The notes under the pieces were generated by a model that was not told where the DNA came from, ran no database searches, and worked only from the letters and a program-made list of their open reading frames with translations. Shown piece after piece: positions 38,863-47,769 of a stretch of 64,000 nucleotides of DNA (positions are counted from its first letter, which is position 1; every line of letters starts with the position of its first letter). This DNA is from Bacteroidales bacterium (GTDB taxonomy: Bacteria > Bacteroidota > Bacteroidia > Bacteroidales > UBA932): the NCBI GenBank assembly GCA_017960585.1, contig JAGCYX010000111.1:1068-65067 (forward strand). The letters are read 5' to 3'. The position numbers and the translations under genes were made by a program.

Positions 38863-41442
38863 ATGGCCTCCCTGCTTCTTTCGCTTCTTCTGGCCGTCAT
38901 GCCCGGCCTGACCGGGCATCTGCAATACGTCAATCCCTTCGTCGGCACGGACGCCCACGGGCACACCTTCCCCGGCGCCGTGGCGCCCTTCGGCATGGTC
39001 CAGCTGAGCCCGGACACCCGCCCCGACCCCGGCGACTGGGACGGCTGCAGCGGCTACCACTACAGCGACAACGTCATCTGCGGCTTCTCCCACACGCACC
39101 TGAGCGGCACCGGCTGCCAGGACTGGTGCGACATCCTGGTGCTGCCCGGCACGGAGCCGTCCGCGTTCTCGCACGAACGCGAGAAGGCCTCCCCGGGCTA
39201 CTACGAGGTCTTCCTCGACGGGCCCCAGGTGCAGGTGCGCCTGACCGCCGGCCGGCGCGTCGGCGTGCACGAATACACCTTCCCGGCCGGCGTGAAGCCG
39301 GTCATCACCGTGGACCTGCGGCACCGCGACCCGCTGGACGCCTGGCGCATCACCCCGTCCAGGAACGGCTGCAGCGGCTGGCGCCAGTCCAGCTACTGGG
39401 CCGACAAGCAGGACGTCTATTTCTGGATGGAATTCTCCGCCGCCGCGAAATGCAAACTGCTCGACGGCGGCCGCCGGGCCGAGTTCACCTTCCCGAAGAG
39501 CGCGCGGACGGTGACGGTGCGCGTGGCCATTTCCTCCGTGTCGGAGGAGAACGCGCGGCTGAACCTGCAGTCCGAGTACCCCGTCAGCTTCGACGCGCAG
39601 CGCGCGGCCACCGAAGCCGCCTGGGAGCAGTATCTCGGCAAGCTCCAGTGCCCCTGGAGCGACGAGGAGCATCTGCGCCGCTTCTACACCGCCCTCTACC
39701 ACACCGGCATCCACCCCTCGCTCTACTCCGACGCCAACGGCGAGTACCGCGGCATGGACCGCCAGGTGCACCGCGCCGACGGCTGGGAGCGCTACACCGT
39801 GCTCTCGCTGTGGGACACCTTCCGCGGCGAGCACCCGCTGCTCTGGGAGCTCGAACCCGAGCGCAGCTACGACTTCCTGAAGACCTTCCTGTCCATCTAC
39901 GACGAGGGCGGCAAGCTGCCCGTCTGGGAACTCTCCGGCTACGAGACCGACTGTATGATCGGCTACAACTCCGCCCCGGTGATCGCCGACGCCATCGCGC
40001 GCGGCTTCACCGACTTCGACGTAGAGAAGGCGCTGGAAGCCCTGCTGGTCAGCTCCAAGCGGCCCGAGTACGGCATGGCCAGCTTCCGCGCCAACGGCCT
40101 GGTGCTGGCGGACGACGACCACGAGAGCGTGTCCAAGACGCTGGAGTACGCCTACGACGACTGGTGCACCGCCCAGGTCGCGAAGTACCTCGGGCATATG
40201 GACGTCTACGAAGAATATATGACCTCCGCGCAGTACTGGCGCAACGTCTTCGACCCCTCGACCGGCTTCATGCGGGCGCGCCTCAACGGGCGCTGGGTCA
40301 GCCCCTTCGACCCGCGCGAGGTCAATAACCACTATACGGAAGCCAACTCCTGGCAGTACAGCCTCTTCGTGCCGCAGGACCTGGCCGGGCTGATGGACGC
40401 CCTCGGCGGCGCCGAAGCCCTGGAGCAGCGCCTGGACGCGCTGTTCGAGGCCGAGGAAGGCAACACCGGCCGCACGCAGGTCGACATCACCGGCTGCATC
40501 GGCCAGTACGCCCACGGCAACGAGCCCAGCCACAACGTGGCCTGGCTCTACGACTTCGTCGGTCGGCCCGACAAGCGGCAGGCCCGCGTGGAGCAGATCC
40601 TCGAGACGCTCTACTCCGCCGCCCCCGACGGCCTCTGCGGCAACGACGACTGCGGCCAGATGTCCGCATGGTATGTGTTGAGCGCGCTCGGCCGCTACCC
40701 TGTCACCCCCGGAGATTCCGGATCGCAGTCCGGAATGACGAGGGTAGTGAAGACCATCATCACCAATCCGGTGTTCGAAGTCGACAACGACATCTTCGCC
40801 GACTCCCTGCGCGTCGCCATTTCCGGCGAAGGCCGCATCCGGTACCGCATCGGCGACGGCGACTTCCGCCCCTACGAGGGTCCCTTCACCGTCTATGAAC
40901 CCTGCGCCATGGAGGCATACTCCGAGATCGACAGCCGCCGCAGCTTCACCACCCGCTGCGCCGTCCGCCAGATCCAGCGCGACCGCGACATCACCCTCCA
41001 CGCCCGCTACAACCGCCAGTATACCGCCGGCGGCGACGAGGGCCTGATCGACAACACCCGCGGCGGCCTGAACTGGCGCACCGGCGGCTGGCAGGGCTAC
41101 CAGGACACCGACTTCGAGGCCGTGGTGGACCTGCGCAGCGTACGCGACATCTCCACCGTCGGCGCCGGCTTCTGCCAGGACGCCCGCTCCTGGATCTGGA
41201 TGCCCAAGTACGTGGAGTTCTTCGTCTCGGACGACGACACGCAGTACGTGCAGCTCGCGCACGTGGACAACACGATGGGCGAGCGCGACTACGAGATCCG
41301 CATCTGGGACTGCGAAGCGGCCGTCCAGGCGCGCGGGCGCTATGTGAAGGTGTTCGCCAAGAACATCGGCGACATCCCCGAGTGGCACCCCGGCGCCGGC
41401 AGCAAGGGCTTCATCTTCATCGACGAAATCTGGATTAAATAA
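38863..41442 (+). CDS. GH92 alpha-mannosidase with a C-terminal Fn3/discoidin-like region
   Basis: YVNPFVGT..HGHTFPGA, GFSHTHLSGTG, SLWDTFR, SKTLEYAYDD, HGNEPSH, GNDDCGQMSAWYV. Confidence 0.93.
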   Translation: MASLLLSLLLAVMPGLTGHLQYVNPFVGTDAHGHTFPGAVAPFGMVQLSPDTRPDPGDWDGCSGYHYSDNVICGFSHTHLSGTGCQDWCDILVLPGTEPSAFSHEREKASPGYYEVFLDGPQVQVRLTAGRRVGVHEYTFPAGVKPVITVDLRHRDPLDAWRITPSRNGCSGWRQSSYWADKQDVYFWMEFSAAAKCKLLDGGRRAEFTFPKSARTVTVRVAISSVSEENARLNLQSEYPVSFDAQRAATEAAWEQYLGKLQCPWSDEEHLRRFYTALYHTGIHPSLYSDANGEYRGMDRQVHRADGWERYTVLSLWDTFRGEHPLLWELEPERSYDFLKTFLSIYDEGGKLPVWELSGYETDCMIGYNSAPVIADAIARGFTDFDVEKALEALLVSSKRPEYGMASFRANGLVLADDDHESVSKTLEYAYDDWCTAQVAKYLGHMDVYEEYMTSAQYWRNVFDPSTGFMRARLNGRWVSPFDPREVNNHYTEANSWQYSLFVPQDLAGLMDALGGAEALEQRLDALFEAEEGNTGRTQVDITGCIGQYAHGNEPSHNVAWLYDFVGRPDKRQARVEQILETLYSAAPDGLCGNDDCGQMSAWYVLSALGRYPVTPGDSGSQSGMTRVVKTIITNPVFEVDNDIFADSLRVAISGEGRIRYRIGDGDFRPYEGPFTVYEPCAMEAYSEIDSRRSFTTRCAVRQIQRDRDITLHARYNRQYTAGGDEGLIDNTRGGLNWRTGGWQGYQDTDFEAVVDLRSVRDISTVGAGFCQDARSWIWMPKYVEFFVSDDDTQYVQLAHVDNTMGERDYEIRIWDCEAAVQARGRYVKVFAKNIGDIPEWHPGAGSKGFIFIDEIWIK
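38895..38921 (+). repeat. CGTC-tagged REP, in frame in GH92 (VMPGLTGHL)
   Basis: CGTCATGCCCGGCCTGACCGGGCATCT. Confidence 0.8.
40713..40740 (-). repeat. CGTC-tagged REP, in frame in GH92 (DSGSQSGMT)
   Basis: AGATTCCGGATCGCAGTCCGGAATGACG. Confidence 0.75.
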
Positions 41443-41454
41443 AACCAATTATAC

Positions 41455-42588
41455 ATGAAAAAGACCTTTATCCTTCTCGCGGCGCTGCTCGCAACGCTGA
41501 CCCTCGCTGCCCAGACCGAAAACACGGAGATCACCGCCGTCGCCGCCGGGGCCTACGCCACGCAGCAGGACAGCTACACGCCTTCCTTCAAGGTGGACGG
41601 CAAGAACACCCGCGTCCGCAACGTCATCCTGCTCATCGGAGACGGCATGGGCCACGGCGCCGTGAACGCCGCCATGTACGCCAACGGCGGCTCCCTGACG
41701 ATGACCAACCTCAGGACCTTCGGCCTCGTCCGGACGCAGTCCGCCGATAACTTCACCACGGACTCCGCCGCCTCCGGCACCGCCTACGCCACCGGCCGGA
41801 AGACCAAGAACGGCTTCGTCGGGAAGGACACCGCCCGCGTGAACATTCCCAACATCCCGGAACTCCTGACCCCGCTGGGCTACGCCTGCGGCGTCGTCTC
41901 GACGGACGACCTCAACGGTGCCACCCCGGCGTCCTTTTTCGCCCACCAGGCCGCCCGCGGCGACAAGGAGGAGATCTGGGCCGACCTGCCCGCCAGCGCC
42001 CTGAAGTTCGCCTCCGCCGGCACGCAGTCCACCTTCGAGAGCATGCCCGTCCTCACCCAGGACGCCATCAAGAAGACCTTCACCGTGGTCTATGACCCGG
42101 CCGACCCCGCCGTCGCCGCCTCCGACCGCCTGCTCTATCTTCCGGAAAGCGTCCACCTCGACCGCGGCGACTACCTCCCCGCCACCACGCAGATGGCCAT
42201 CGACTACCTCTCCAAGCACAGTAAGAAAGGCTTCTTCCTGATGGTCGAGGGCGCGCGCATCGACAAGCACGAGCACGCCAACGAGCTGCCGGAAACCCTG
42301 GCCGAAACCCTGGACTTCGACAAGGCCGTCGAGGCCGCCGTCCGCTTCGCCGAGAAGGACGGCCACACCCTGGTGATCATCAGCGCCGACCACGAGACCG
42401 GCGCCACCATCCTCAACGGCGGCAACCTGGAGACCGGCTTCGTCCGCACCGTCTTCGGCTCCGGAAGCCATTCCCCGATGATGGTCCCCCTGTTCGCCTT
42501 CGGCCCCCACTCCCGCGACTTCGGCTGCACCCAGGAAAACAGCGACGTCGCCATCAAGATCCTCGGCCTCCTCGGCGCACGCAAATAG
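41455..42588 (+). CDS. Alkaline phosphatase
   Basis: ILLIGDGMG, TDSAASGTA, ATPASF, FFLMVEGARIDK, ISADHETG. Confidence 0.93.
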   Translation: MKKTFILLAALLATLTLAAQTENTEITAVAAGAYATQQDSYTPSFKVDGKNTRVRNVILLIGDGMGHGAVNAAMYANGGSLTMTNLRTFGLVRTQSADNFTTDSAASGTAYATGRKTKNGFVGKDTARVNIPNIPELLTPLGYACGVVSTDDLNGATPASFFAHQAARGDKEEIWADLPASALKFASAGTQSTFESMPVLTQDAIKKTFTVVYDPADPAVAASDRLLYLPESVHLDRGDYLPATTQMAIDYLSKHSKKGFFLMVEGARIDKHEHANELPETLAETLDFDKAVEAAVRFAEKDGHTLVIISADHETGATILNGGNLETGFVRTVFGSGSHSPMMVPLFAFGPHSRDFGCTQENSDVAIKILGLLGARK

Positions 42589-42759
42589 CTACTGGCATTT
42601 ACACAATCCGGCAGTAATAGCGTCGTTACTGAAAAATTGCGGGATCTTTCCCGCAATTTTCATATGTATTTGCCGGAACAAATCCGCGGCCAGTTGCGAA
42701 CATTTATTTTTTCTTATGTGCCAATAATGCTAAATTTGTAACCTGTAACTTACTGATCC

Positions 42760-44235
42760 ATGAAGATTCTTGGAAACAAACTCATATCCGAATGTACGGA
42801 ATACGACTTCAAGCAAGAATTGGAGCGGAAGAAAATCAGCCACTGGCTGAAGAGTGTCAGCGCCTATGCCAATTCCGAAGGCGGCGCACTCTACTACGGC
42901 GTTGACAACGACGGCAATGTGACCGGCCTTGCCAATCCGCAAAGCGATTCCGACTTCATCAGCCAGAAGATCAACGCCCACCTGGATCCTGTGCCGGACT
43001 GGACGCTGACTCCAGGAGAAGACGAGCAAGGCCACAAAGTACTTGAGGTGCTCGTAAAGCCTGGGCAGTTCACGCCATATTACCTTGTCCTCGACGGTTC
43101 CCGTCAAGCGTATGTACGTTCCGGTAACGAGAGCGTTGTGGCTTCTTCCCGGGAGTTGCTGAAGTTGGTGCTGAAAGGCACCAACAGCAGTTGGGATGCA
43201 CTCCCAAGTCGGGAGACCATCGAAAAGCATTCCTTCAAGATGCTCGCCCACGAGTACCACGAGAGGACACAGCAGGCCTGGGACGACAAATACCCGGTAT
43301 CATGGGGCCTCGTCCAGGAAGACGGCACCCTCACAAACGGCGGACTCCTTTTCTCCGACAATTGTGAGGTTTACCAATCCCGTGTGTTCTGCACCCACTG
43401 GAACGGCCTTACTAAGACCGATGCCATCAACGATGCCGAATACAGCGGCAATCTGCTGTACCTTCTCAAGATGATGAGAGGGTTCATCAAGTCCAATACC
43501 GCCAAGCGCTGGTTCAAACTTCCCGACTATCGCCTCAACTTCCCGGAGTATGCCGACCGTGCCATTCTGGAATGTTGCGTGAACCACCTCATCCATCGTG
43601 ATATGACCGAGGTCGGCAGTGAGGTGCACGTGGATATCTATGATGACCGCATTGAGTTCTACTCACCTGGAGGAATGTTCGACGGGACCAGAATTCAGGA
43701 CCGTGACATCCTTAAGGTTCCATCCAAGCGCCGTAATCCCATCATCGCCGATGTCTTCACGCAGTTGGACTATATGGAGAAACGCGGTTCCGGATTCCAG
43801 AAGATCACAGAACTGACTTCCGAACTCCGTCTCTTTAAGGAAGACCGGATGCCTAAATTCGAATCCGATGCTTCTTCCTTCTTCACAACCGTCTATAGTG
43901 TTCTATACGGCAGAAGTGAGGAAGATTTCCAGCGTATTATCGACCAGGAATCCACACCAAAGGCGGAGAATACTACCCAAAAGGCAGAGGGTACTACCCA
44001 AAAGACTACCCCTAAGACGGAAAAAACTACCCAAAAGCCAGTCAGCGACACTGCCCAAAAGTTACTGGACTTGCTTACAGAGGACCCTTATTTAACCCGG
44101 CAGGACATGGCTCCGCTTCTCAATTTGACTCCAGATGGCGTGAAGTACCATCTAACCAGATTACAAAAATTAGGTTATCTTCTCCGCATCGAGGGCCGCA
44201 AATCAGGTCGCTGGAAAGTTCTGGTAAAGAAATAG
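42760..44235 (+). CDS. AlbA_2 (Schlafen-like) + ATP-binding (HATPase_c_4) + HTH protein
   Basis: E.TEYDFK, SAYANSEGGALYYGVDNDG, E.CVNHLIHRD, SPGG, RNPIIAD, MEKRGSG, C-terminal wHTH; lower GC than flanks. Confidence 0.88.
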   Translation: MKILGNKLISECTEYDFKQELERKKISHWLKSVSAYANSEGGALYYGVDNDGNVTGLANPQSDSDFISQKINAHLDPVPDWTLTPGEDEQGHKVLEVLVKPGQFTPYYLVLDGSRQAYVRSGNESVVASSRELLKLVLKGTNSSWDALPSRETIEKHSFKMLAHEYHERTQQAWDDKYPVSWGLVQEDGTLTNGGLLFSDNCEVYQSRVFCTHWNGLTKTDAINDAEYSGNLLYLLKMMRGFIKSNTAKRWFKLPDYRLNFPEYADRAILECCVNHLIHRDMTEVGSEVHVDIYDDRIEFYSPGGMFDGTRIQDRDILKVPSKRRNPIIADVFTQLDYMEKRGSGFQKITELTSELRLFKEDRMPKFESDASSFFTTVYSVLYGRSEEDFQRIIDQESTPKAENTTQKAEGTTQKTTPKTEKTTQKPVSDTAQKLLDLLTEDPYLTRQDMAPLLNLTPDGVKYHLTRLQKLGYLLRIEGRKSGRWKVLVKK

Positions 44236-44253
44236 ACTGCTTCTAAATACTAA

Positions 44254-44448
44254 CTGCCGGAGACCCTGGCCGAGACCCTCGACTTCGACAAGACCGGCTT
44301 CGTCCGCACCGTCTTCGGCTCCGGAAGCCATTCCCCGATGATGGTCCCTCTCTTCGCCTACGGCCCGCACTCCCGCGACTTCGGCTGCACCCAGGAAAAC
44401 AGCGACGTCGCCCTCAAGATTCTCGGCCTCCTCGGCGCCCGCAAATAA
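44254..44448 (+). pseudogene. Diverged duplicate of the alkaline phosphatase 3' end with a 108-bp deletion
   Basis: Aligns to 42286-42324 + 42433-42588, mostly synonymous differences; stop TAA versus TAG. Confidence 0.92.
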
Positions 44449-44463
44449 AGAGCGGAGGACACA

Positions 44464-44496
44464 TAGCAAAAGCGGCCACATGACCGCTTTATGCTA
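44464..44496. terminator. Hairpin between convergent units (terminator or DGR target hairpin)
   Basis: TAGCAAAAGCGGCCA-CA-TGACCGCTTTATGCTA. Confidence 0.65.
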
Positions 44497-44514
44497 ATAT
44501 GATGGGATGGCGGG

Positions 44515-45855
44515 CTAAAAAGCGAGGCAGGAACGGACAAGGGCGTAGCTGTCCTTACTAAAATCGTTCCAGGTGCCGCTGGAGGCAGTAAGGCGCCACG
44601 CGAGATAGACTGAGCTCTCCGAACTCGACCAGTAGTCGTACGTCGACAAGCACGTATAACCGTTTGCAGTAGTCTTCAAGTTTGCAATGCCATAGCTAGC
44701 GATTATCTTAGCCCATTGATAGCCTGAAGCCAGGAACCATGCGGAGCAACCTGTGGGCGATGCGGTGTTGTTGTTGGCTATCGCAGCCTTGAAGGCGGGA
44801 TAATCGTCAGTATTGTGCGTAGCATTGTACTGTAGGCCGCTCTCGCTCGTGAAAGTGCTGCTGGTCTGTTTGGTATGACCGGCATCAGTCGCTGATGTCT
44901 TCCAATTGCAAAAATTCTCACTATTCGCATCGCTCAAAGCGAGCGCCAGGCCGTGGTTGTAAGCGGCCTCGGCGGTGTCGCTGCCCACATAAACAATCTT
45001 GGCCACGGAGCCATCTGTACCAGCCGCGGCGAATTTGCCTGTGGACAGAATCACGTCACCAAGCGTTGCCATCTTCACTGTCGTCTGATAGTAATTCCCT
45101 GCAGAGGTTGCAGCGGTTGTGGTTGCTTTGGCTATGTAAGGCTTACTGTCGATAGTGGCGTTAAACCAGTATGTTCCGGCAGCCATGACGGGCAGGGCGA
45201 CATAGAGTTCGCCGCTGGCCGGTGAGGGGGTAACGGTGGTTATCACGTTGCCCGAGCCGTCGCTGACCTTGAACTCCGTGGCATTCTGTGCGGTCGCGCT
45301 GATATCCTGAATCGTGAACTTGAAGATGGCAAACTGATTGGTGAGCGAGACAAGCCCCTTCAACGAGGCCGTTGTGCCGTCAATCTTCAACTTGGCGGGG
45401 CTTGTGGTTTTGCGTAGGTCGTACATCTTACTGATGCTGCCGTCGCCTGTCAACAGTCCGTTTTGCGAGACCAGCAGATCGGTCTTCACGTCCTTGGTCG
45501 TTGCATCAACAGCTGAAGCGGGATATACAATTGTCACGTCGGTGTCGTCGGCGGGACTGCCGTCCAACGTCGTGCTGATGGTTGCTGTACCGTCGGTTTG
45601 CGGCGTTACCTCGGCTTCCGCCACATAGGTCGTGGTGCCGACGGTGTAAATCAAAGCCACCTTCTCTCCGGCCGCCCACGTGGCTTCGATGGTGCTGCCA
45701 CTCTCGGCAAGCGCCTTTGTAGCGGCACTGTTTTCTACGCTGATTGTGGCGGTAAAGGGAATGGTTCCGGCATTCTCAACAGGCAGTTCAATTTCATTCT
45801 TGTTGCAGGCCGCTATCGCGAGCATCATCGCAAAGAATCCAAATACTTTCTTCAT
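44515..45855 (-). CDS. Fimbrillin/type V pilin-like lipoprotein with a C-terminal CLec (DUF1566-like) domain
   Basis: IAAC lipobox; FTATI..TKA..W..GEKVAL; ends YWSSSES...AW.....G.W....K....VRSCLAF. Confidence 0.75.
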   Translation of the reverse strand: MKKVFGFFAMMLAIAACNKNEIELPVENAGTIPFTATISVENSAATKALAESGSTIEATWAAGEKVALIYTVGTTTYVAEAEVTPQTDGTATISTTLDGSPADDTDVTIVYPASAVDATTKDVKTDLLVSQNGLLTGDGSISKMYDLRKTTSPAKLKIDGTTASLKGLVSLTNQFAIFKFTIQDISATAQNATEFKVSDGSGNVITTVTPSPASGELYVALPVMAAGTYWFNATIDSKPYIAKATTTAATSAGNYYQTTVKMATLGDVILSTGKFAAAGTDGSVAKIVYVGSDTAEAAYNHGLALALSDANSENFCNWKTSATDAGHTKQTSSTFTSESGLQYNATHNTDDYPAFKAAIANNNTASPTGCSAWFLASGYQWAKIIASYGIANLKTTANGYTCLSTYDYWSSSESSVYLAWRLTASSGTWNDFSKDSYALVRSCLAF

Positions 45856-45871
45856 GGTCTTATCCTCCTTG

Positions 45872-46009
45872 CTAAAAATTGAACGGATCAACGCCGTTGG
45901 GATAATTGCTGGGAGAGTCCAGTCCGCTGGCGCAAATGATGCCTTCCTGTTTCACCTCCAGGACTTCCGTTGAAGGGGCCTCATAGTGTTCTTTGTTATT
46001 TGTATCCAT
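45872..46009 (-). CDS. 45-aa peptide MDTNNKEHYEAPSTEVLEVKQEGIICASGLDSPSNYPNGVDPFNF
   Basis: ATG in AT-rich context, 16 nt upstream of the lipoprotein; paralog at 63509-63634. Confidence 0.75.
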   Translation of the reverse strand: MDTNNKEHYEAPSTEVLEVKQEGIICASGLDSPSNYPNGVDPFNF

Positions 46010-46044
46010 GTTATTGGTGGTTAATAAGTCAACGAATATAAACA

Positions 46045-46159
46045 CTAATATACCCCCCCCGGACCATATTTCCAACAGGTTGGGGGTTTCAGACTGCAGA
46101 TTTTGCATATTCTGAGACGTTTTTGCAAATTCTGAAACTGTGTTTTGATAATTCTGAGA
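46045..46159 (-). promoter_or_regulatory. Three 17-bp direct repeats (TYTCAGAATWTGCAAAA-like) and promoter TTG-N20(G8)-TATATTAG
   Basis: Repeats at 46101, 46121 and 46143; C8 tract at 46053-46060. Confidence 0.65.
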
Positions 46160-46310
46160 GTGTGTAGGTGGATGAATCATCCGATGCCCGAAGGTACCAA
46201 GTTAGGATTTTCTTCCTTTTGATGCAGAACAATTGGAAAACCAAGAAAATGTTGTAACTTTGTCGTCCCGACACGGAGACTTCCAAGTTTGGAAACCGAT
46301 GGGTACGATT

Positions 46311-46397
46311 GGAGGGGTGGGAGAGTGGCTGAATCCACAGGTTTGCTAAACCTGCATACGGGTAACCGTATCACGAGTTCGAATCTCGTTCCCTCCG
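46311..46397 (+). tRNA. tRNA-Ser(GCT)
   Basis: GGAGGGG acceptor, CAGGT-TTGCTAA-ACCTG anticodon arm, long variable arm, GTTCGAATC; CCA not encoded. Confidence 0.95.
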
Positions 46398-46403
46398 CGC
46401 TAT

Positions 46404-46539
46404 GCAATCAGCAAGGCAGATGCCGCACCAAACTGGTGCGGCATTTCTGTATGCAGGCGGATCGGCTGGAAAGCTAGCTTTCCGCCGCCCGCCCGCATAC
46501 AGAAAGCGGCCTTCGGCCGCATCTGCCGTTGATGATTGC
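46404..46539. other. Multi-branched inverted-repeat structure
   Basis: Outer stem GCAATCA..GGCAGAT / ATCTGCC..TGATTGC enclosing three hairpins. Confidence 0.65.
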
Positions 46540-46656
46540 TCCCGGACACCCCGAGAAATGTGAGGCCGCCCCGCGGCCGAACAAATCTCGTCCACGCCCC
46601 CGGTAGAATGTGCAAAATAATGTGTACCTTTGTATGGACCGGCGGTTGAATACCTT

Positions 46657-47751
46657 ATGGAAGCGTCAGAGATCCTGCAAGACATCATGTTCGTCCTCCT
46701 GTACGGAGGCGTAATCATGCTGAGCGTCGTGGCGGCACTCTATCTGCTGTTGCGGCGCGGCAATGCCGTTGCGCCGGAAGTGACATCTCCCGTGCGGCTG
46801 CGCCGGTGGGCGGCGGCCTTCCTGCTCGCCGGTGCGTTGAGCCGCGGATTCTGGCTGTTCTACGCCTTTCATACTTCGCTTACGGTTTATACCATCGCCT
46901 GCATCCTGGATATGCTGATGCTGATTCCTTCGGTGGCGGGCGTTCTGCTGTCCATGCTGCAGGACCGGCAGCGGAGCGTCTGGCCCATGTTCATCCTGCT
47001 GATTCCCGCCTTTATTCTATCTTCCCTGTGCGTCATCCGGGAAGACAATGCGTTTTTCATTCCGGCGAGCATTTATGTTTATGTCCTATATGCGCTGCTG
47101 ATGCTGTATATGTTCTTTGCCGTCCGGCGCTACGGGCGCTGGCTGCGGGACAATTATGCTGACCTGGAGCACAAGGAGGTCTGGCAGAGTCTGCTGATAC
47201 TGATCCTGTTCCTGCTGTTTTTCGTCATGTACAGCAGCACATCTGAAAGGAGCCGGGTTCTTGTGTATCTTCTTCAGATAGACGGTATCATCATTGCGGC
47301 GCTGCTCCTGTGGCGCGTGGAGACCCTGCAGCAGTTGAGCGAACCCGCTTCATCGGCCGAGGAACCGGACACCGACACGCAGAAGGCATCCGTCGCACCG
47401 GCCATCCGCGTCAACATCGGCGCACTCCTGAAAAAGCATTGCGAAGACGGGCACCTCTACCTGCAGCACGACCTCACCCTGGCCCATCTCGCCCAGACCA
47501 TCGGCACGAACCGCTACTACCTGAGCCAGCACTTCGCCCAGCAGGGCATCACGTACAACGCCTACATCAACGGCCTGCGCATCCGCCACTTCATCCGCCT
47601 GTACCACGAGGCCGTGGCCGACCAGCGCACCTTCACCGCCCAGCAGCTCGCCTTCGAGAGCGGATTCCACAGTTACAGCACCTTCAGCGCTACGTTCAAG
47701 CAGAACATCGGGGCCACCGTAACGGCCTGGATGCGCGGCGCCCAGGCTTAG
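46657..47751 (+). CDS. Membrane-embedded AraC-family regulator
   Basis: About 7 TM helices, then LYLQHDLTL..LAQTIGTNRYYLS..SGFHSYSTFS. Confidence 0.9.
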   Translation: MEASEILQDIMFVLLYGGVIMLSVVAALYLLLRRGNAVAPEVTSPVRLRRWAAAFLLAGALSRGFWLFYAFHTSLTVYTIACILDMLMLIPSVAGVLLSMLQDRQRSVWPMFILLIPAFILSSLCVIREDNAFFIPASIYVYVLYALLMLYMFFAVRRYGRWLRDNYADLEHKEVWQSLLILILFLLFFVMYSSTSERSRVLVYLLQIDGIIIAALLLWRVETLQQLSEPASSAEEPDTDTQKASVAPAIRVNIGALLKKHCEDGHLYLQHDLTLAHLAQTIGTNRYYLSQHFAQQGITYNAYINGLRIRHFIRLYHEAVADQRTFTAQQLAFESGFHSYSTFSATFKQNIGATVTAWMRGAQA

Positions 47752-47769
47752 TCTTTCCCGCCCGCACAC

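Noticed and set aside
4943-41448. Very long opposite-strand ORFs (6698-9655, 19095-21890, 31137-33296, 37183-41448 and others)
   Set aside because: Expected stop-poor shadows of GC3-rich genes; no recognisable motifs
43950-44036. ACTACCCAAAAG short repeats as a possible array
   Set aside because: Coding TTQK linker repeats before the HTH; no spacers
3392-46397. Integrated element at tRNA-Gly or tRNA-Ser
   Set aside because: No integrase, and I saw no duplicated tRNA 3' end in the window
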